The notes beneath the pieces are model-generated. The model ran no database searches. It was given only the letters and a program-made list of their open reading frames with translations, and was not told the DNA's origin. Both the position numbers and the translations under genes were made by a program. From contig MU054001.1 of the NCBI GenBank assembly GCA_013239625.1, forward strand, positions 4,380,167 through 4,444,166: 64,000 bases of DNA, given 5' to 3'. Shown piece after piece: positions 1 to 13,245 of the stretch (position 1 is its first letter; the number at the start of each line of letters is the position of its first letter). Source of the DNA: Lama guanicoe. Its lineage: Eukaryota.

Positions 1-589
1 AGCCCAAACTTCCAGTTAACAGCCCCCTGTGAGCTGTACGTGTGAATCTGAAAGATGACCACAAGTGAAATCAAATGACAGTCCTCAACTTCCAGATGCT
101 ACATTTTCATTTCCCTCACACTTCAGCACATGATAAACCCGAATGAGCCTTGGTAGACTGAATTCAGCTTTTCATAGGTTACCATCCCCATGCTGGGCAG
201 ACACCGGGGTGGAGTCATCTCCCAAGTCAGAGTGCTTCCTCGCCGACTCAAACCCACTGCCTATCCAGCAAGTGTTGCCTGTGCCGGGCCAGGCCCCTCC
301 GCCTCTAATGCCTCAGTGGCTCCCATGGTTTTTACTGACCCAACTTCCCCTTCCCATTCCTGCTCATTTTTATCCTTTTCTTATTGTCCCTTCTTCTCAC
401 ACAGGACAAAAAGAAGGACAGCAATAAACAGTCATGTCAACACAGTGGGACAGAAGGGCGAGGGCCACCCAGGTGAGTTGGCTCCCTTCCCACCAAAGGG
501 AAAGTGACTGATATGGTGTGACAGATTATATTTTCTAAAAATAGCCACAATGGTACTTTCAGTTCTGCACGATCTCCCAGAACTCGGCT

Positions 590-1260
590 GCTTCCTCTAT
601 GGATGTAGAGTAATTTCCCCTCCCCTTGAATCTGAGTGGGACTTTGTGGCTTCTTCAATCAACAGAACACAGGAAAATGAAAGGCTAGGGTGTAAAAGGC
701 AACGTGATTTCCACCTGACTCACACGTGTTTGCTCCCCTCCTCTCTCTCAACTCTTGCCCTTGGAAGCCAGCCACCGTGTTATGATGCCCAGATCACGTG
801 AAGAGGTCACTTGCCAGGGTTCTGGCTGACAGCCCCACACCAACCACCAGACATGTGAGTGAGCAGACCTCAGATGATTCTGGCTCCCAGTTTCCCAACA
901 GAGGTTTCTCAACCTCAGCACCATGGACATTGTGGACGAGATAATTCCCTGTTGTGTATGTCTGTGTGGCCCCTGTGCACTAGACTATTTAACAGCATCT
1001 CTGACCTCTACCCTCTAGATACAAGCGGAAGCCCCCAAGTTATAACAGCAAAAAGTTTCTCCAGACATTGACAAAAGTCCTCAGGGGCAAAACTGCCACT
1101 AGTTGAGAACGACTGGCTTAGACGTCGTGGAGGAGAGACAAGCCGTCTCCACTGTACCCTTTCTAAACCCCTGACACACAGAAATCATGAGAAATAACAC
1201 ATGATTATTGCTGTCTTAAGCCACAAAGTTTTGGTGATTTGTTATGTAGCAATAGACACG
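590..1260 (+). mobile_element. MLT1 (ERVL-MaLR) LTR interrupted by MER20
   Basis: Typical 3' end taagccacaaagttttggtgatttgttatgtagcaataga; accagacatgtgagtgag motif. Confidence 0.65.
899..1114 (-). mobile_element. MER20-like hAT-Charlie MITE
   Basis: Termini cagaggtttctcaac...gttgagaacgactg; internal ctccagacattg...ggggcaaaa. Confidence 0.8.
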
Positions 1261-3999
1261 CTGGCTTCCTCCCTGTGGCACCTGGCCGCACAGACAGTCT
1301 GATGCCCCCTTTTGGGCGGTCTGCAGGAGAGCAAGGCAGCTTCTGCACAGGTCTGAATCCAGGCTTGCTTTATTTTTCTCTCATTTTACAACCACGTTAG
1401 GCACAGATGTGGGGAATTTCTGGAAGTATCACGGATCAGACACTAGGATACTTTGGAATCAGACAGACATGGGACAGAATCCAGCCTCTGACATTATGTG
1501 ACCTCTCATTGTGGTCCTGGCTCAAATGTTACCTCCTCAGAGGGGCCTTTCCTACACTAACCATTGTGACACCTCATATCACTCTGCTTTTATTTGTTTC
1601 TTCCTAGCTGAAATGACATCACACCTTTACTCCTATGAGAATGCAAACTCCATGAGCATGATGGCCTTGTCTGTCTTGTTCATGCTTGGATCCCTTGGAC
1701 CCAACACAGTCCATGCCATAAAGTAAGTGTTCAGTAAACACACGTTCAAAGTAAAGGAATGATTCTGATGAAGTTCCTTAACCTCTAAATCTCAGCTTCC
1801 TCACCAGGAAGGTAGGGTAATAATGCCTAGCTCATAAAACCTAGTACCTAATAGGCCCTCAAAAATTGGTATAACATTGTTATAAACTTCAAAAAGTCAC
1901 CATACTGGCTATGAAGAGTAAATTATATTTGATTAAAGCTGTAAGTGTATCCCTGGAAATTCACTAATGGCACATAAAACAGTTGAACAATGTAACTCAA
2001 TATAACCTAGAACATATCTCAGACTCAATTTTTTTTTCTGTCCTACATTCTTAGGAAAATAACCATTACCTTAGATTCAAAATCCTAATCTACACGACTG
2101 TTTTACATTATGTGAAATTCATACTTTCCCTAAATTTGGGCAATTTTTATTTAATTCACATGTCTGGCCATTTATCCAAATTGGAGAAGGAAGTTCAAAT
2201 GACTGCCTTTCTGACAAATTTTCAGTAAAAGGTCAACACATGTGGTATTGTCAGAAGAAATTAAGTAAATGTCAAAAGAAGTTAAACAAAAGAGGTGATT
2301 CAAAATGTCCCCTCAACAACTTTGTACAGTATCTAAGAATTTGTAGCACGCCTGAATGTGGGCAAATAGTCAACCCACAAGCAATCAAGAGGCAAATTAT
2401 ATTTAGGTGAATTTTTCAGACTGATTTTCAATGTTCTAATATGGAATTAAAAACATACCCCAAAATGGGCGATACTACCATTCTAACTATAATGAAAAAG
2501 AGTGTTCTGCTTCCCAAAATCTAGGCAAACAGGAAATCTAAATGATCTTAGAGCCCAAGCAATGGAGCAAATGACAGACTGACCCAATCTGAAAATACAA
2601 CATTGCTCAAAGTTTCTTGACGTTTTGAAGATCGGTATTTTAAATGAAGGAGATATAGATATTGGCGTTTTGAATGCAAGGACCAGATTCTCCTGGAATT
2701 TTCTCCCTTCACCTCTGATGTCAGCCACAAACATATGTAGGTATGTATCACAAATTTTATAACGATTTGGAACTATGTGTTAGCATTAAAATTAAAACAA
2801 GTTAAATATGGCTGTGTGATCTTCATACACTTAACTTTCAAACATGGCAACACAAAAAAGCTGAGAGAGATTTAGCCCCAGTCTCCCCCCCAGATTCTCC
2901 AATAACAGTTCATTCTATCCATACAGAACCCACAGGGTTACCTTACTTAATAAATCCCAAGTATTTAGAAAGAATATTTTAGAATATCATACCTAAATAC
3001 AAGCAATTAGTCTTTATCAAAAATTTCATTTTGATAAAAGATTGTGTCAACAACAGCTATGAAATTGGAGTTTATTTAAAATCAAAATGTTTAATTATGT
3101 TTTCCCGCAATTTCCGTTATTTCTCCAAGGCTCAGCTTGTTGAGGGTTTTCCTGCGATCCCTCCAGGTAATAAATGTGCATGCACCAGTGACCACAAATA
3201 GCCCGCTGAACTAGGAGAAACAAACCTAAGAGTTTCTGCATAGCAGAGGCACAGAATATGTGCACTTATTTCAAGTGAAAGATGCTGGTTGGGGATTGGG
3301 CTTGTGGTACCTTAACTGGACTCTGACTGAGAAACGGCCCAGAGGAAAGAGATGGCAATTGTGGAACTAGGGCAGACAAGGTTAAGCAGGTCTTAGAAGC
3401 GCTAAGAGGCTTGGGTAGGTCCTGCTCACCTGGGGCCCTGGCTGTGGACTCCCCTATTTGGCCCTGCTCCCTCCGGGGAGCCCATGGGAATGGGTGGGTG
3501 GGAGAGGGCATGAGCAATAGCAGCCCTCCACCAGCCACCCCTCCATACGACATCCTGCTGGGCTGATGGGAGCCATCTCCCTTTCCCACCCTGCCATCCA
3601 GATCTCTTTAGGTTTATAAGGCTGCAAGAGAAATACACAGCTATAGTCACCATCTGGCCAAGTCACCTCTGTACCCCAGAGCTGGCCCAGTCCCAGCTTG
3701 GCGTGGGAATGGGGCTAGAGCACTGCTCACACCTGGGCTATGACCTGTCTTAGGTATGGCTGGGCATAGTTTCCAAGTGATCACACTAACTAAAGAACGC
3801 ACAGCCTGAGCTCTTCTGAAAACGACATCTATTAACTGACAAATGTTGAAAGGTTGATAGAGACAGAACAATAACTACATTCTGAACATTTATTTACTTA
3901 ATCTTTAAAAATTAATCTAGAATTTCTAAAACATGCACCATTAAATACACAGCGTCTCTTGATAGAGAGCAAAATAGAGGTCTTAAAGAACTGAGGACA

Positions 4000-4097
4000 G
4001 CAGAGTGGGTACAGTTCAGTGGTAGAGCGCATGCTTAGCATGCAAAAGGTCCTGGGTTCAATCCCCAGTACCTCTATTTAAAAAAAAAACAAAAAAA
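4000..4097 (+). mobile_element. tRNA-Ala-derived SINE (Vic-1-like, camelid)
   Basis: A-box/B-box tRNA head, A-rich tail, imperfect TSD aaagaa(c/t)tg(a/g)gga. Confidence 0.85.
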
Positions 4098-5163
4098 GAA
4101 TTGGGGAGCAACTCTTGAAGCAATGCTCATACAGAAACTTGTATTTAGTCAAAAGTGACCATATGTGGATCTTTTAAGAGTTTCAACTCTTAGACTTAGT
4201 GTTGTGTCTGAGAAGGGAAAATGTTAAATTGCTTGCAAGCAATTACAGTAGATTTGTATCTCCTGTATTAGCCCTCACACCAGACATGAATGGTGGGTAA
4301 TGTGCAGAATTCTCCTTTACTGTGTAAAATACTACTATTTCCTCTCTGTCTGTTTGTTTGAACTCCTCCAGTTTAATGTGGTGAAGTTAAATGAGCTTCT
4401 ACGACCGTGAACTCTGACGATCCGTTAGAAAAGCAGGCAGTATACCCTGCACTGCTAGGTCATTAAAAAGAACAGTTAGCTACGTAAAGTTTCTCTCTAG
4501 GTTCCTGTGTACAAATGAAATTAATCCATATCGGAGATGTGTAATAGAGAGATTCAGCTTTTACCATGCAGAAGTGTTTGAGGAAAGATACGTGTTAGAA
4601 AAAAGCAAGGTATAGAACCGTGTGTATGGTACTCTTATCATTTGCCTTAAAAACACACACACATATACCTTTACATCAAGAATCTGTCTGGAGGAATATA
4701 CAAGAAACTGGTCCCAGTGACCGATTCTGGGAGAGGAACTGGATGGTGTGAGAAAAAGTAGGGAGGCTTTCCACTTTATGGGTTCTCAAAACTTGTGAAG
4801 TCTGTTATACACCTTTGTATTACCCAATCAAGTGTAAATCAAGCGGTTTTATACTTGAGGAAAACTAAAGAACAGAGAATTACCCAAACATCTTAATGCA
4901 GCCTAATATTTATGATACTTGTGATTCAGCCTGATTTGTCCAGACATAACTGGTACAAGCAAATTTTAATAAAAAAGAAAAATATAACCCATAGGCCTGC
5001 TTGCATACCTGGTTTTGACTCTACACCATTGACAACTAAAAATATATGACTCTTAGTGTTTGGGAAAGGTTTCTGCAGGTTGGATGAGAGACAGTATGAA
5101 ATTATGGACTACAAGTTCCCACTCGCTCCGAGCAGTTTTTCACAACAAGGCCCAAATATTTAC

Positions 5164-5300
5164 CTGGCTGGGAAAAAAGCAGCTGTGACAGATGTTGTGC
5201 AAGTGTCTGAAGGGCTGCAGGTCCTCCCAGATGGTCCACATCCAGGAGGGACACAAGACTCTGGAGACACACGAGGGCTCTACACTGTACAGTGTTCATT
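5164..5300 (-). CDS. HEATR3: HEATR3 exon 11 (137 nt); the gene continues beyond the window start
   Basis: tccag|A ATG AAC...CCAG|gtaaat; [45 protein letters not shown]; cumulative CDS 1510 nt, open through all junctions. Confidence 0.95.
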
Positions 5301-5671
5301 CTGGAAAGCAAGGGAGAGAATGCTGTCTGTTCCTCTCACAGTCACCCAACAGAATCCAGTACTGCATTTGAGCCTAAGCTTCTGGAAGCCTAGGACTGGG
5401 ACTACCTGCAAGCAGAAGGAGGTCTAGGGCAGTTAGCAAGGAACCTTAAGGTGAACTGTTAACCCGACCAGATCAAGCTGCTTGGGTGCGCAAGGCCCCT
5501 AAGACACCGCTCATCTATGAGTCACATAGAATCTGCTTGAGAATTGCTATGCACAGCAGCAGGGTTTTTGTTTGTTTGCTTTGTTTTTTAAATTATACCC
5601 CACCCCACTCCAGCAGTCATGGACCATCACTCTCTATTTCCTTCCTCTGCCTTATTTTTCCTTCACAGCCC

Positions 5672-5801
5672 TTTTTTAGGAGGAAGCGGGGATAATTAGG
5701 TTTAATTGTTTTTTTTTTTTTTTATGGAGGGACTGGGGATTGAACCCAGGACCTCAAGCCTGCTAGGCCCACACTCAACCACTGAGCTATACCCACTCCC
5801 C
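5672..5801 (-). mobile_element. tRNA-Ala-derived SINE (Vic-1-like)
   Basis: Reverse complement has a tRNA head (tagctcagtgg...gggttcaatcccc) and a cctaatta tail. Confidence 0.85.
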
Positions 5802-6468
5802 TGGGTAGCATTTTTAAAATCATTTTTAGTTGTGAAACATGACATACATAAAGTGCTCAATGAACATACGAGTTTAACAGTTTATAAAGCAAACAACCTG
5901 CGCACCGAGGTGAGTGATAAACGCCGCCAGCACCCTCACAGCCCTTCTACCCCTTTCCCATCACGCCCCACCTCCCTGACCCCGATAACCAGATTTTTAT
6001 GGCCGACGTTTCCTTGCTTTGCTTTACAGGTTTACCACCTACCTATGCATCCCTAAACAGAACAGTTCAGTGTTACTTGTTTTTGAACTTTGGAAAAACT
6101 GAATCACAGAGTGTATATTCTTTTGTGACTCGCTTCTGGTTCAATGTCATAAGTGTCACCCATGTTGTGAGCAGTTCCAGTTTGGGTCTTTTTATTGCTG
6201 TCTGCGTTCTATTGTATGATTATGTCAGAATTTATGTATCCACTCTGCCACTGATGGACATTGAGGTTCTTTCCAAGTTGGGGCAACCATGACTCACCAT
6301 GCTGTGAGCATTCCCCTGTCTTAGTGCACACAGGCACACGTTTCTCTAGGGAACATACATAGAAATAGGGCTCTTGAATCTGAGCGAGTCAGCACCTTCT
6401 GCTTAATGGTCCACCATTTCATATAATAACATAATGACAAGTGGTTTTGAAAATAGAAAAGTTCTTAC

Positions 6469-6551
6469 TTTCTAATCAAAGGTTTCCAAGTGGGGTTCCT
6501 AGAACACATGTCAACTGCAATGCTGTTTGGAAAAGCAGTTTTCTCAAAAAT
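6469..6551 (-). CDS. HEATR3: HEATR3 exon 10 (83 nt)
   Basis: tttag|ATT TTT GAG...AGAAA|gtaaga; IFEKTAFPNSIAVDMCSRNPTWKPLIR. Confidence 0.93.
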
Positions 6552-6822
6552 CTAAATTTAAAAAACAGTAAAGCAAAGGTTAAAGAGTTTTTTTTTTAAT
6601 ACATGATCCTTTTATAAAATCCCAACATACGACTTCTAAGCGAGATGTAAGGCTCAATATAGACACACTGCAGCCTACTTCCAGTGCTGTTCATTGCTCT
6701 GTTTCCCAGACTGTACCAATCACCTGCGCCTGGAAGTGTGAGCATACTTCTGCACAAAGAACGAATAGCGTTTGTAAGCCTTCCCTGCGCTCTACAGTGA
6801 GCCAAGACTGAAAACAGATTAC

Positions 6823-6980
6823 CTTCTTGGGGAGGAGGTGGTTGGTGAGAGCGGTGTGAACCTCGTGGGAGAGGCAGAGGGGGGACAGCAGCTGCCCACC
6901 ACACTCGCTGAAGGAACCCTCCATAAACGCATCGCTTTCGTCGCTGCTGGAAAGCTCTTCCCACTCGTCGTCAGTGGGAT
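6823..6980 (-). CDS. HEATR3: HEATR3 exon 9 (158 nt)
   Basis: cccag|AT CCC...AAG|gtaatc; [22 protein letters not shown]...TNHLLPKK. Confidence 0.95.
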
Positions 6981-7081
6981 CTGGGAAGAGGGCAAACCAC
7001 ACACAACTGGAATATTTAAGACAGTCCTCACGGCAGCTGCCCTCGCGGGCCAGGGGAGGCGGTCTAGACATGAACTGGTCA

Positions 7082-7177
<96 letters not shown>

Positions 7178-8261
7178 CTAGAAAAAAAGAGAAAAAAAGG
7201 AAATGACCAACTCTCAAATGTTTGGGAAAATATTTTCATGTGACTTTCCTTAGTTAAAGCCTACCAAATGATATCTGCATTTGGAACAGAGGGCAGGGAG
7301 GCGGGTAGGCTGAAGAAAAGTCAGAAAGCCCTGGGAATAGAAATGAGCATTATGACTCCTCTCGGCGCTGTGGCGCGTGCCCTGCTCACCGGTTCTCCAT
7401 CTATCCGCATAGTTATTCTCTAAGTGTTGCTTGGACAGAACAGATCTTCAGGAATTCTGAACTGATTTCACCCTGGAACTTAATCTAATGTGTTAAGAAG
7501 TAGCTCAGCACACTAAGGCTCGAACAAGAGTTCATTCTCAGACACCAGGCACTTATACACAACAAACCTGCTTTTAGATGCTTAGATGTCTTCTTAGAAA
7601 AGACTGCATTAACAAGAATTACTAACAGGCCCTTAGACGACCAACAGAGCTTGGCTAGGGAGCAGATGGGCTTCCTGGCTTTCTTGGAAGGCTGCAATAA
7701 AGCCTTTCTTTAAGACTGAAGAAAGAGGGGTACTTTTTCTTCTGGAAATAAATAACATGAACTTACTTTATCAAGTAACATTCTCAAAATAGACTGTATA
7801 AATTTACATGACCTTAACTCTCAAGTCACCTATGAAAAGTGAAATAGCTACAGTGATGTTCCAAAATAGTGCAGAAGCTAAAAATTATGCTTATTTTGTC
7901 TGAATGTTTCCCAACTTCAACAGTTTTCTAATTGTCTTTTAAATGGCTGCACAATATTCCATTAAATGGATGCCTTATAATTTATTAAGCATTCTGCTAG
8001 CATGGAATATTTCAGAGTAGTTGCTATCTTATTTCCACAGATTTACTGGGACAAAGGTTAAAAACACATCTATAGATCCTGTGACATATTCCTGTTCTCC
8101 TTTCCAGAATGTTCGTACTCATTTATAATCCTTCAGCAACTTCTTTGTGCAACGATTTAACTGCAATTTTGAACAATGTCCTCAAAAAAAAGGCAGATGG
8201 CTAATTTAATAGATGCAGCATAGGAATCCGTGTGTTTGTTTTCCTTTTATTGCTGGCATGA

Positions 8262-8303
8262 ATGTGTATAAAATTTATTCCTATGTGTATAAAATTTATT
8301 CCT
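8262..8303. repeat. Perfect 21-bp tandem duplication
   Basis: atgtgtataaaatttattcct x2. Confidence 0.9.
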
Positions 8304-10888
8304 ATTCACTTCATGCATGTATGATATCCAACTAAACATTTCTTAGAGGACACTCAAAGCTATGAGACAAACATACGCCATTGCGGGACTTTCATCCACT
8401 TAACATGTACGAAGATCTGGCTTAGAAGAACTCTGAAATTAAAAGTTTCACTCCTGTACCTGACTCTCCTGCTCAGAACATTTCCCTAGTTCTGTCATCA
8501 CACTGACATAAAGAATAGTCTAGAGGAAATGTTATGACATCTGAGACTTGCTTCAAAACATTCAGCAGTGAGAGGGGAGAGTGGGTGGGGAAGCAGATGA
8601 AATAAAGCAGACTATGACTTGATCTCTGAGATCTGTTGGGAGCTGGGCAGGGAGAGTCCTACTTCTGCGTGGTACAGCAACAACCTAGGTTGGTTTGTTC
8701 GTTACAGATTTGGGATTATACCTTCTCAAGTTAAATGATGCAATTAAGGGTTTTGAGTCTAAAGGACTCCTGCACAAGCCAGCACTGGGCAACGTGAACG
8801 CCCAGAGCTGCCTGACGGCAAATTTGTATTCCTGGCACACGGCAGCACGATGCCCAGCACCCTACTGGCACTTAAACTCTGGCTGCCTGACCAGCATGTT
8901 AACCATCCCATCTGCTCAGCTACGGGGATAGACTTTAAAAAGCAAGTTTTGTTATGAAAAAACACTGCATTTTCTAAGCACCAAAATTCTAAGTAATATT
9001 TAGGAAAGTGAATCTCTAATAAGTTAAATATCAACACTTTTATTAAACAGTAGCACTTCATCTTGGTGGACCTGAACCTCAGTCTCCACTCATGCACTCC
9101 CTTTAGGGCAGCTGGATGCAAGGCTGGAGTTGGAAAACCCGCAGGAGTGCTGTTCTCCTGCTCCCAGCCAGGGACGGCCGACCCTTCAGAGTTCCCTGAC
9201 AGCACAACAGTCATTTCCACTTCTGCTCAGACGGGAATCTGGGGTTGGGGAAACACGGAATACATGCATCTGTCAGGATAAAGTGACCTGGTCGGCGTGA
9301 TGCCGACATCTGCAGAGGATCCTCCAAGCCCCGATCTGCTCCACCTGAAGTTCCACGCGCGGCTCCCAGCTCTGTAACTTACCTCCATGTAGCAACTGAG
9401 GAGAAGCTGCTGGGGTTCTTTATAAACACCCTTTCGGACAACAAGGCACACAGATATATGTCTGTCTATCTTGTTTTACTGATTTTAAATTCTACCCCCT
9501 CTGATGTAGATGCACAAGTGAGATAGGAGTAAATGTGGGGCTCAAATATGTGCCCCCTGCACCAAAATGGGGTGATACGATTTTTTAGCCACTTTATGAT
9601 TTGCAAGCAACTCAAGGGCCTTTTCATTTTTGTGTCCAACCCCAGCATTGAACACAATGCTTTGCACCCAACAGCTGTTCACGGGGACTGGGAAAGTAGT
9701 TCTTAATGGTAACATCTGATTGCTTTAGAGCACCACCAATGCAGCTTTACCCGACTTCACGAAGGTGGGGAAGTGGTATACTGATAAGTTTATGCCCAAT
9801 AATAATTTTTTAGTGACCTCAGCAGCCTTCTGACTGGCCTTCCTGCCTCCAGGCCCCCTAAACAATACCAACCTGCTTTTACCATGCTGCTCCTTACCCC
9901 AGCCTTTAAGATAGCTCAGGTGTTCTGTCCAAAAAGCCTCCCTTTTCTGACAGCCTCTTCCTTTCCTTGCCCAGTGGGGCTGAATCAGCTGTGCCTACTC
10001 TACAGCTATGACTCCCTGAGAAATCTGGGCATGGTCCTATCACTGTTCTCAGCACAGGCATTACAATAAACTATAATCACACGTCTATCCTCTCAAGATG
10101 GAAAAGATCTCTGAAGACACAAACTCTACCTTAATTATGCTTCTATCAGCAGCATCTGGCTCAGTGCCTGGCACACAGCGAGAGCACAGGAAACGTCACC
10201 TGGATGAATAAAGCCCGACTCCCTGTCCTCCCTGTCTTCCTGGAGACTTGCTCTCCTCCTTGGGGGAAATGTTTTCCCAACGTCTAGCTCTCTCTCTCTG
10301 CTGACTGGCTCAGCTGGCATGCTTCCTGCACCCAAGACTGCTCCGACAGACCCCAACATCACCCCCACTAGCACATGGATGCCACAATCACCTGGCCTGC
10401 GAAAACTACAGACCGTCGTTCATCCTCACAATCACTCAACCTCCTCTGCTCAGCACGCTGGGTAAATGAGATTTTGGCTTGCTACTATGGAGAGGCGAAA
10501 TACTAAAAAGTAAAAGAGACAAGAATGCGAGGGACGATCCAAGCAAAGTGAAAATTCCTTTAGTTTGAAGACAGTCTGGGCAAGAGTGTGTAGCTGAAGT
10601 GGGAAGTAAGTTAGGCAGATCCACGCATGTTTCTGAAGTGCTGCAAAAGTGCTGGTCTATCCCATCCTTCGAATCTTCTGTATATAAAAGTTTCATTTTA
10701 GACAGATTTCCCCCCTGCCTTGGGAGGTTTCTAATGTTATAATGAGAGTTAATGGGAAAATACGACTGGTTTTACTGAAATTCACTTTATAATTAATTTT
10801 GCTGTAACATTTTTCTACAAAGCTTAGGACACCCATTGAGGGAACACAGCTGTCTTAATCCGTGTTTGAAAGCATCAATCTGACTTAC

Positions 10889-11166
10889 TGGAAGTAAATC
10901 TGAAGTGAAAGTTTTCCTTCTGACTTTTCTTCTATGAGGAATTTCTTCCATTTCCTCGTCTTCAATCAGATCATCACCATTAGCACTCTGTAACGCGTCC
11001 TCAGTCTCGGCAGCAGTTTTTAACCTCTGAGTCTCGGCCTCCTTCATTCGAATCACCGTCTCACCAGCATCCATTTCCAGAACGTCAGATAAGATCTTCA
11101 GTATGGCATTTATTATCTCTGCCTGACTCTTGGATGGAATGATGTCCTTCAGATTCCAAATTGTGC
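10889..11166 (-). CDS. HEATR3: HEATR3 exon 7 (278 nt)
   Basis: gccag|GC ACA ATT...CCA|gtaagt; [24 protein letters not shown]...[11 protein letters not shown] (within ORF 10793..11218). Confidence 0.95.
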
Positions 11167-11694
11167 CTGGCGGGGGGGGGGGCAGTGGGTGGGATGAGGA
11201 TAAAGACAAAGAAATCAACTGTGAAATTTTTTATTAAATAACGGTTTCCACAAGATTGGTTCTTTAAGCTCAGGCATAATTTCAAAAAAATAATCTCGAT
11301 CCCACGACCTTTGTTCGGTTTGTATTAAATGTCAAAAAGCTCTGTACAGAGGCAGCTCCCTTTATTACAGTCCTTCACCACCATCTCCCTTTCCTGGCAC
11401 ACAATGCCTTTCTCTGACACACCACAGAGTAACAGGCCAAGAGAACATCGATCGAGTTTCTTTTAAAATGACAAATTAAGTTGCCTCTCTTTCTTTCATC
11501 TTAACCTGAGCTGCTCTCCTAAGCAGCTTCTTATGTTCCAAGAATGGAATGGAATGTACTAAAATTCCAAGGTCTCACAGACAAACCAGAGAACAGGGTC
11601 TTGGTTATTTTTTGCTTATAAAATAGAGCAACAGCTACCATTAAGTGGTTAGACTTAAATTAAACAAACAAACAAATGTGACTGTTGAAATAAA

Positions 11695-12195
11695 AATAGT
11701 TCCTGGGTACATATCCAAAAGAATTGAAAAAAGCAAGGACTCAGACAGATGCTTGCAGACCCATATTCACAGCAGCATTATTCAACAGCCAAAAGGTGGA
11801 AACAACCCAAGTGTCCATCCACAGATGAACAAAATGCCATATACACACATAGTGGAGTATTACTCATCCTTCAAAAAGAGGAAATTCTGACACATGCTAC
11901 AACATAGATGAACCTTGAGGCCATCATGCTAAGTGAAATAAGCCAGTCACAAAAAAAAAGATACTGTATGATTCCACTGATATGAAATATCTAGGCAAAT
12001 TCATACAGACAGAAAGAAGAGTGGTTGCCAGGGCCTGGGGAGGAGAGGAAATGGGGAGCTGTTTAATGTCTACAGAGTTTCAGTCTTGCAAGATGAAAAG
12101 TGTTCTGCAGACTGGTTATACAGCAATGTGAATGTACTTTACACTTAAAAATGGTTAAGGTGGTAAATTTTATGTATATTTTACCAACTAAAAAA
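11695..12195 (+). mobile_element. L1M (L1MB-like) 3' end
   Basis: ggaaacaacccaagtgtccatc, atgctaagtgaaataagccagtcac, aaatggttaaggtggtaaatttt motifs. Confidence 0.8.
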
Positions 12196-12676
12196 ATCCC
12201 ACGTATCAAGGTAAATTACCTTTGCAAGACTAAAAAGCAAAAGGAAAAATATATAATAAATTCCCTACTACTCGACAGATCATCAGAGTATTTCTTACTT
12301 CTGTATTTAGAAATTCTGGGGAGAAGCGCTGGGGCTGAAGATCTTACAGAAAAGTGAGTGGTCATGTCTTAGATGCCTACAGTTAACTTCTGAATTCCCA
12401 GGTTCATATATAAGAGGGGGTCCTGACAAAAGCATTTCTTTATCAGACAACAGCAGTTCATTAAATTAAAAACAAATCTAAACTCAGAAGGCTTTGAAAC
12501 TATGGAGAATCATTTAAATTAAAGGATTCCACTTAAATATTACAATTTTCAGAACAGACATAAGCACAGAAAGCCCTGATGCAGTGAAATGAAGGGATGA
12601 CTGAATTTTGGCCCCCATCTCTACCTATTACAAGTTACTAAAAAAAAGCACACCATCGCATACAGCTAAATTTTAC

Positions 12677-12817
12677 CTGCTATCAATGTCTTTAATAGAA
12701 TATACTCCATGGAACTGACAGGAGAAAGCATTGCTGATTCCAGCACATGCAATGCTGGGGCACAGAAAGATTTCAGTAGCTCTGCATTATCTTCGGTCAC
12801 TGTCTGCAAACAATATG
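12677..12817 (-). CDS. HEATR3: HEATR3 exon 6 (141 nt)
   Basis: tatag|CA TAT TGT...GCAG|gtaaaa; [47 protein letters not shown]. Confidence 0.95.
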
Positions 12818-13079
12818 CTATAAAGACAAAAGTCAAATATTAAGAAGCAAATGAATTCTGCGAGGATAATTTAAATCAAAATAACTCATCAAAAAACATT
12901 TGTATCTTTACAACTTCTTTGGACATGGGTAGCTTTTGTAGGATATATGCAATTTACCTTCTTTTTCTGAATTTCTTACCCTTTTTTCCTTTTCTTTTTC
13001 TCAATTTCTAATCCTTTACAGAATTATACTTTCATAAAAAAAAATTTATTTTGGGGGTTTTCCCCCCAGTTCTTTCCTT

Positions 13080-13245
13080 CTTTTTTATTATAGTCAGTTA
13101 CAATGTGTCAATTTCTGGTGTACAGCATAATGTCCCAGTCATGCATATATATACATATATTCGTTTTCATATTCTTTTTCATTAAAGGTTATTACAAGAT
13201 ATTGAATATAGTTCCCTGTGCTATGCAGAATAAATCTGTTTTATA
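13080..13245 (-). mobile_element. Lineage-specific L1 3' end fragment
   Basis: tagtcagttacaatgtgtcaatttctggtgtacagcat...atatagttccctgtgct. Confidence 0.75.

Noticed and set aside
2100..3250. AT-rich block in intron 11 as a transposase fossil or hidden exon
   Set aside because: The translations I tried gave no recognisable motif or coherent splice pair; a database search is needed
1..5163. HEATR3 exons 12 onward
   Set aside because: No exon continuing the protein was found, so this is treated as intron 11 with the remaining exons outside the window
9291..9307. gtcggc-gtgat-gccgac hairpin
   Set aside because: A 6-bp stem is expected by chance in 64 kb
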